Virus record (IMG/VR): IMGVR_UViG_2778261231_000012
DNA from: a virus
Lineage: Duplodnaviria; Heunggongvirae; Uroviricota; Caudoviricetes
Length of the DNA stretch: 30,030 nt
Reading direction: 5' to 3' (one strand)
Of this stretch, positions 26,011-30,030 are shown one piece after another. Both the position numbers and the translations under genes were made by a program. A model generated the notes under the pieces. That model ran no database searches and was not told where the DNA came from. It saw only the letters and a program-made list of their open reading frames with translations. Numbering within the stretch: the stretch's first letter is position 1; the number at the start of each line of letters is the position of its first letter.

Positions 26011-26313
26011 ATGGCTTATGGAATACAGACCTGGGATGCTTCGGGAAACCCCAACAACTACGGAATCAAGCCCGTTTCCGTTGTTGGACGTATACAACTT
26101 GCCGCCGGACAAAACTCCGGCAGCTGGTCTTTCACTGTACCCTCAGGAATGAAGGTCGGTTTTGCGCTCTCACTTGATGAAGGAGGTAACAGCGTAGGGA
26201 GGAGCATTGTCGCGTCAGGGAACACAATAACCGTAACCGCAGCCTCTTCTGTGGGCCTGGGTAATTACCCGGCCTCTAAATGTGAGGTGGTCGTTTTCAT
26301 GGAGAAAGCATAA
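26011..26313 (+). CDS. hypothetical protein downstream of J (contains WDASG motif)
   Basis: 100-aa ORF starting 2 nt after the J stop. Confidence 0.55.
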   Translation: MAYGIQTWDASGNPNNYGIKPVSVVGRIQLAAGQNSGSWSFTVPSGMKVGFALSLDEGGNSVGRSIVASGNTITVTAASSVGLGNYPASKCEVVVFMEKA

Positions 26314-26987
26314 TGGCCGAATTTGGCGCGATGATATTAATGGATAACGGGAATCCCTTTGTAACGCCACAATCAACGCCTTTCTGTCTTTACGGGAAGT
26401 ATACCTTCAATTCATCCGCGAATGGCAGTTCTCAGCAGGTTGCTCAAAATATCGCTTTAAACGCTGATTACCCAGTGATGGTTTTTATCAAAACCACCAA
26501 TACAGCACAGCCCACTCCGGTTATGTCTTACAGGAACGGCGGTAATGTGTATGTTGTTGGTGTTAATCCCTACAACCAAAGTTTCACTTTAACGGCGTAC
26601 GTTTTTGCCATATTCCCGCAGATATTACCGAAATGGGGTTTGGCAATATGGGATGCGAGCGGAAAGCTTGTGTTAACTAATGAGTCCCGTGTGCTATCAG
26701 ACCTGCAGACGGTTGGCACGCCTGGTGCAAACGGCGGGATAAATATTGACCAGACGCTGAGCGGGTCATGGGCCGTTGCACCTGCTCAGTTGGGTCAGAC
26801 CATCATTGTGAATAATTCAACCAAGCCTCCGACTATCTACACGATAAATGCTTATTCTTCATGCAGGTTTGACGGGGCCAATACGAGGATAAACGCAGGG
26901 GGGACCTCCACTGGGGCAGGTTCACCTGGAGGGGGAACGAATACTGGCATTTCATTAACCGCCATAAATACAGCGGCCTATGATTGA
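26313..26987 (+). CDS. hypothetical protein (WDASG motif; Gly-rich C-terminus), possibly tail-tip associated
   Basis: 224-aa ORF whose ATG overlaps the preceding stop (TAATG); shares IWDASGK-type motif with the preceding ORF. Confidence 0.55.
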   Translation: MAEFGAMILMDNGNPFVTPQSTPFCLYGKYTFNSSANGSSQQVAQNIALNADYPVMVFIKTTNTAQPTPVMSYRNGGNVYVVGVNPYNQSFTLTAYVFAIFPQILPKWGLAIWDASGKLVLTNESRVLSDLQTVGTPGANGGINIDQTLSGSWAVAPAQLGQTIIVNNSTKPPTIYTINAYSSCRFDGANTRINAGGTSTGAGSPGGGTNTGISLTAINTAAYD

Positions 26988-27098
26988 TTGATCGTTTTTA
27001 GCGATCAATAACATAATATTGATCTATCCAATCAATTATACCCACCAGAATTGTATTGGTATCGTCTAAGATACTGAATTCCTCTGGATACTATCAAA

Positions 27099-27332
27099 AT
27101 GAGAAAACTGATTATCTGCATGGCAGGCGCTGTCATGCTTACAGGATGCGCTGGCGTAATTGAGAAACAGGAACCAGTTTGCAGCGGCACTGCAATCGTT
27201 GGCGGTCAGGAAACTACGGTTCAGATTTACGGTGTGCGTAAACAAAACAACCAGACGCAGTACCGGGCTGGATATCCTTTCAGCTGGCGCTGGGTAAGTG
27301 CGAATACATTTACCGAAACAACCTGCAAATAA
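27099..27332 (+). CDS. small lipoprotein moron (candidate Cor-like superinfection-exclusion lipoprotein)
   Basis: 77 aa; signal peptide with lipobox LTGC (MRKLIICMAGAVMLTGCAG); own upstream AT-rich region and downstream intrinsic terminator; located between J-distal ORFs and the side tail fibre. Confidence 0.6.
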   Translation: MRKLIICMAGAVMLTGCAGVIEKQEPVCSGTAIVGGQETTVQIYGVRKQNNQTQYRAGYPFSWRWVSANTFTETTCK

Positions 27333-27351
27333 CCCACTACGCTTAAACATA

Positions 27352-27376
27352 AACCTCGCTCCGGCGGGGTTTTTTT
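27352..27376 (+). terminator. intrinsic terminator after the lipoprotein gene
   Basis: cctcgc-tccccg-gcgggg hairpin followed by TTTTTTT. Confidence 0.6.
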
Positions 27377-27392
27377 ATTGCCTGGAGAAAAT

Positions 27393-28226
27393 ATGCTTTA
27401 TAACACCGGCACCATCGCCATTAATGGAAATACCGCCACCGGGACGGGTACAAACTGGACGGCACCGGCCAGCCAGGTCCGCGCTGGCCAGACGATTATC
27501 GTGATGTCTAACCCGGTGCAGCTGTTTCATATTTCATCCGTGAACAGCGCCACGTCAATGACGGTTACGCCTGCCGCTTCCCCGGCGCTGAGCGGCCAGA
27601 AATACGCCATTCTGGTGTCAGACATTATCTCCGTGGACGGACTGGCCCAGGCAATGTCGCAGCTCATCAAAGAGTATGACGAGAACATTGGCGCGTGGGA
27701 GACGTTCGCCACTACCTCAGCAAACCAGACCATCACCGTTACCATCAACGGGACCACCGTAACCATCCCTGGCATCGGTAAACTGGCACAGAAAGGGAGC
27801 AACGGTGCGGTTACTGTCGCAGACGGCGGAACCGGCGCAACGAATGCCGCAGACGCTCGCACAAACCTTGGTTTGGGAACAGCGGCGCAGCGAAATGTGG
27901 GAACGGGTGCAAATCAGATCCCAGATATGAATTCATTCACATCTCAAAAGTCATTGACCGGATGGCAAAAATTGCCTGGTGGATTGATTTTACAGTGGGG
28001 GCTGACAACAACCTCTGGGTCAGAGCAAAACGCACTGGTAACATTTCCTGTGGCATTTCCGGGATCAATACTGATGGAATATACGACATATGCAAACATC
28101 TCCGGCGACCCAGCAACCGGATCAACATACATTGGCCAGGTCAGAACAACGAGTAATACACAAATGTATGTTCGCAATCTTGGGCCGACTAATGCTCAAT
28201 ATAACTGGCTAGTAATCGGATATTAA
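27393..28226 (+). CDS. side tail fibre protein (constant N-terminal part plus currently expressed variable C-terminal cassette Sv)
   Basis: ATG 27393 with GGAG SD; N-terminus [19 protein letters not shown] and motif [21 protein letters not shown] typical of phage tail fibres; gix-like crossover site lies inside the gene at 27856-27881. Confidence 0.85.
   Translation: MLYNTGTIAINGNTATGTGTNWTAPASQVRAGQTIIVMSNPVQLFHISSVNSATSMTVTPAASPALSGQKYAILVSDIISVDGLAQAMSQLIKEYDENIGAWETFATTSANQTITVTINGTTVTIPGIGKLAQKGSNGAVTVADGGTGATNAADARTNLGLGTAAQRNVGTGANQIPDMNSFTSQKSLTGWQKLPGGLILQWGLTTTSGSEQNALVTFPVAFPGSILMEYTTYANISGDPATGSTYIGQVRTTSNTQMYVRNLGPTNAQYNWLVIGY
27856..27881. repeat. left crossover site of the invertible segment (gix/hix-like, 12+2+12 bp)
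   Basis: ctcgcacAAACC-TT-GGTTTgggaaca; inner half is a perfect inverted copy of 29397-29408. Confidence 0.7.
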
Positions 28227-28236
28227 GGGAGGGGGT

Positions 28237-28641
28237 ATGTATTACGCTAAATCTACAGGTGGATTTTATACGCCTGAAATTAACGGAAAAAATATTCCTG
28301 ATGATGCTATTGAAATCACGGAAGATGAATACTTGGGATTATTGCAGGCTCAGGCTGACGGGAAAATAATTACCTCAGATGATAAGGGGAATCCGGTTGC
28401 AATCGATCCGCCGCCATTGACGCAAGAAGAACTTGTTGCGCAGGCTGAACGCGAAAAGGCTTCTTTGTTAAAGCAAGCAACGAATTCGATTGCGCCGTTA
28501 CAGGATGCTTCCGACCTTGGTATTGCGACAGATGAAGAAATTAAACAGCTTACTGACTGGAAAAAATATCGGGTGCAGCTGATGCGTGTTGATACATCAA
28601 AAGCACCCGCTTTCGAGTGGCCTACATCTCCGGCTGATTAG
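28237..28641 (+). CDS. tail fibre assembly protein (Tfa)
   Basis: 134 aa; GGGAGGGGG SD; C-terminus [23 protein letters not shown] matches the recalled Tfa family signature. Confidence 0.85.
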   Translation: MYYAKSTGGFYTPEINGKNIPDDAIEITEDEYLGLLQAQADGKIITSDDKGNPVAIDPPPLTQEELVAQAEREKASLLKQATNSIAPLQDASDLGIATDEEIKQLTDWKKYRVQLMRVDTSKAPAFEWPTSPAD

Positions 28642-29056
28642 GCCAAGTAATATCCGGGGCCGCTGAAGTATCGACGGCTTCAATATTATCCAGGTAATCC
28701 AGCCACGCGTTATATCTCGCTTTATCCGTGTCTTTTAAGCGGCCCATAGCCGCTTTCCCTGGCCACTGATTGCTGTTTATGTAGTCGTTTGCAGCATCAG
28801 TTAGGCTCTGCTTTTCAACCTCCGCTTGCGCCACAATTTCTTCATGGGTCGGAGGGGGAATGTCTTCCCATTCAGGTAGTCCATTTGTTCCAGCTACTCT
28901 TTTTTTCCCTTCGGGAGGCTCTCCCGTAAATTCGCTGTATAACTGTTCTGTTACCTCAACTGCATCCTCTGGCCAACCGATGCCATTGATATAATCATCT
29001 TTAAGCTCAAGCGGGAAAAAGCTGTTGTGTTTAGCGCTATAAAAATATGTGTTCAC
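28622..29056 (-). CDS. alternative tail fibre assembly protein (Tfa')
   Basis: Minus-strand ORF with C-terminus [24 protein letters not shown]; likely GTG start at 29056 ([14 protein letters not shown], parallel to the + strand Tfa start [11 protein letters not shown]) preceded by GGGAG SD; track start 29119 is an extension. Confidence 0.7.
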   Translation of the reverse strand: MNTYFYSAKHNSFFPLELKDDYINGIGWPEDAVEVTEQLYSEFTGEPPEGKKRVAGTNGLPEWEDIPPPTHEEIVAQAEVEKQSLTDAANDYINSNQWPGKAAMGRLKDTDKARYNAWLDYLDNIEAVDTSAAPDITWPNQPEM

Positions 29057-29057
29057 G

Positions 29058-29405
29058 TTAGCTCCCAATAGCAAAAAAGTATGCATTGAAACCGCCCGCA
29101 CCGGACATGTACGCCCCAAATCCTGCGCCGTTAACGGTGTTATTCACCACTGCCAGAGTTGGCGATGGGGTTCCACCTGAAAAGTTAATATCAGCAAATG
29201 TAAGCTGAATATTGCTCACCACACTGGGAAAATTGATAGGGAATGGAACTGAAATCTGTGTTTGCCCCACAGGAAAACCCGCTTTTCCCCACTGTAAGAT
29301 TTTCCCACCTGGCAATTTTTGCCACCCACTAGCGTTGGTAAAGCTGGACATATCAGGTATCTGTCCGGCACCGGCTCCTACGTTCTTCGTTGCTGCTGTT
29401 CCCAA
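29058..29405 (-). CDS. alternative tail-fibre C-terminal cassette (Sv'), silent in this orientation
   Basis: Minus-strand ORF whose N-terminal part ([39 protein letters not shown]) is paralogous to the + strand fibre segment after the crossover site; no own start; in-frame fusion to the fibre N-terminal part would result from inversion. Confidence 0.7.
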   Translation of the reverse strand: MGTAATKNVGAGAGQIPDMSSFTNASGWQKLPGGKILQWGKAGFPVGQTQISVPFPINFPSVVSNIQLTFADINFSGGTPSPTLAVVNNTVNGAGFGAYMSGAGGFNAYFFAIGS

Positions 29406-29422
29406 ACCAACCTTTCAAATAT
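29397..29422. repeat. right crossover site of the invertible segment
   Basis: tgttcccAAACC-AA-CCTTTcaaatat; inner half identical (inverted) to the left site; about 60 bp upstream of the invertase gene. Confidence 0.7.
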
Positions 29423-29449
29423 TTTTCTGAATCAGGTGATATTTCGCCT

Positions 29450-29476
29450 CTTCTCCTGTTTTTACAACAGGAGAAG
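29450..29476 (+). promoter_or_regulatory. perfect 11-bp hairpin sequestering the invertase Shine-Dalgarno
   Basis: cttctcctgtt-tttac-aacaggagaag; 3' arm contains AGGAG located 8 nt upstream of the invertase ATG. Confidence 0.45.
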
Positions 29477-29481
29477 CACTC

Positions 29482-30030
29482 ATGATTTACGGTTATGCCC
29501 GAGTATCAACAAACCACCAGGACACTGAATTGCAACTAACGGCGCTCAAGTCAGCGGGTTGTGAGAAAATTTTTGAAGAGCATGCCAGCGGGAGGAAATC
29601 GAATCGGCCGGTTCTAAAACGGCTGATCGCCACTATGCAGCCGGGGGATGAACTGGTGGTCTGGAAGCTGGACAGGATAGGCCGCAACGTTCTGCATGCG
29701 CTGTTGATGTTCCAGCAGTTACAGGAAAAGGGTATCAACTTCCGCAGTATTACCGATGGCGTGGATCTCAAAACAGCCAGCGGCCGCTATAACTTTCGTA
29801 ACATCCTTTCCGCAGCACAATATGAATCTGATCTTAATAGCGAACGTACCTTAGCAGGGCTGGCCGTAGCCAGGGCAAAAGGGCGAGTTGGTGGTCGCAG
29901 GCCTAAGTTCACGGATGAGCAATGGCGGGAAATGGGGGAGCGGATGGCAACCGGTGAATCACGACAAAGCGTATCAAAAACGTATGGAGTAGGGCTCTCA
30001 ACTCTGTATAAAAAGTTTCCAGCTAGCTGA
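29482..30030 (+). CDS. site-specific DNA invertase, serine recombinase of the Hin/Gin/Pin/Cin family
   Basis: 182 aa; N-terminal catalytic motif YARVSTNHQD, VVWKLDRIGRN, C-terminal HTH ending GLSTLYKKFPAS as in recalled Hin/Pin sequences. Confidence 0.9.
   Translation: MIYGYARVSTNHQDTELQLTALKSAGCEKIFEEHASGRKSNRPVLKRLIATMQPGDELVVWKLDRIGRNVLHALLMFQQLQEKGINFRSITDGVDLKTASGRYNFRNILSAAQYESDLNSERTLAGLAVARAKGRVGGRRPKFTDEQWREMGERMATGESRQSVSKTYGVGLSTLYKKFPAS

Larger units (their letters stand above)
27868..29410. other. invertible host-range segment (about 1.5 kb) carrying Sv-tfa and tfa'-Sv' in opposite orientations
   Basis: Flanked by inverted 14-bp identical half-sites; two fibre C-terminal cassettes and two tail-fibre assembly genes in mirror arrangement; adjacent serine invertase gene. 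Confidence 0.7.

Noticed and set aside
27099-27332. Identification of the lipoprotein as lambda Bor
   Set aside because: The recalled Bor sequence (97 aa, ITGCAQQ lipobox region) does not resemble this 77-aa protein beyond the shared lipoprotein signal; left as a Cor-like candidate only.
28622-28641. The 20-bp convergent overlap of tfa and tfa' as a possible sequence error or pseudogene sign
   Set aside because: Convergent overlap of the two assembly genes at the centre of an invertible segment is the normal compact arrangement; both frames are intact with conserved C-termini.
29057-29119. TTG start at 29119 for Tfa' (track ORF 28622-29119)
   Set aside because: That start would overlap Sv' by about 60 nt; GTG 29056 with a GGGAG SD sits right after the Sv' stop and mirrors the Sv-tfa junction on the + strand.
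1-30030. CRISPR arrays, rRNA genes, transposases/IS elements, integrase and attachment site
   Set aside because: No spacer-repeat periodicity, no rRNA-like sequence and no transposase-like ORF were seen. The only recombinase is the Hin/Gin-type invertase, which is not an integrase; the window covers only the late half of the genome.

Overview
This window is the late half of a lambda-like (lambdoid siphovirus) prophage or phage genome from an enterobacterial host, read left to right in the direction of late transcription. All calls rest on reading the sequence and on recalled protein families; no database search was run. Order: two Cys-rich ORFs and a tR2-like hairpin; a nin-type block (ninB, ninE, DUF1364/YbcO-like, rusA, a 48-aa coupled ORF); a 254-aa Q-like protein with four CxxCxGxG motifs; a pR'-like promoter with short-leader terminator and a second structured non-coding region; a lysis cassette (dual-start pinholin, SAR endolysin, nested Rz/Rz1 spanins); a visibly A+T-rich moron island in the lambda bor position; a lambda-type cos site; an intact, syntenic lambda-like head and tail gene set (Nu1, A, W, B, C, D, E, FI, FII, Z, U, V, G/G-T, H, M, L, K, I, J); two post-J ORFs sharing a WDASG motif; a lipoprotein moron; and a Mu G / e14 P-type invertible tail-fibre segment followed by a Hin/Gin-family DNA invertase. 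The best candidate for something undescribed is the moron island: an antisense 204-aa protein with an R-N-x-x-A-H (HEPN-like) motif, divergent from an unrecognised 242-aa protein that has a long structured leader and sits directly against cos. No integrase, repressor, tRNA, rRNA, CRISPR array or transposase was seen.
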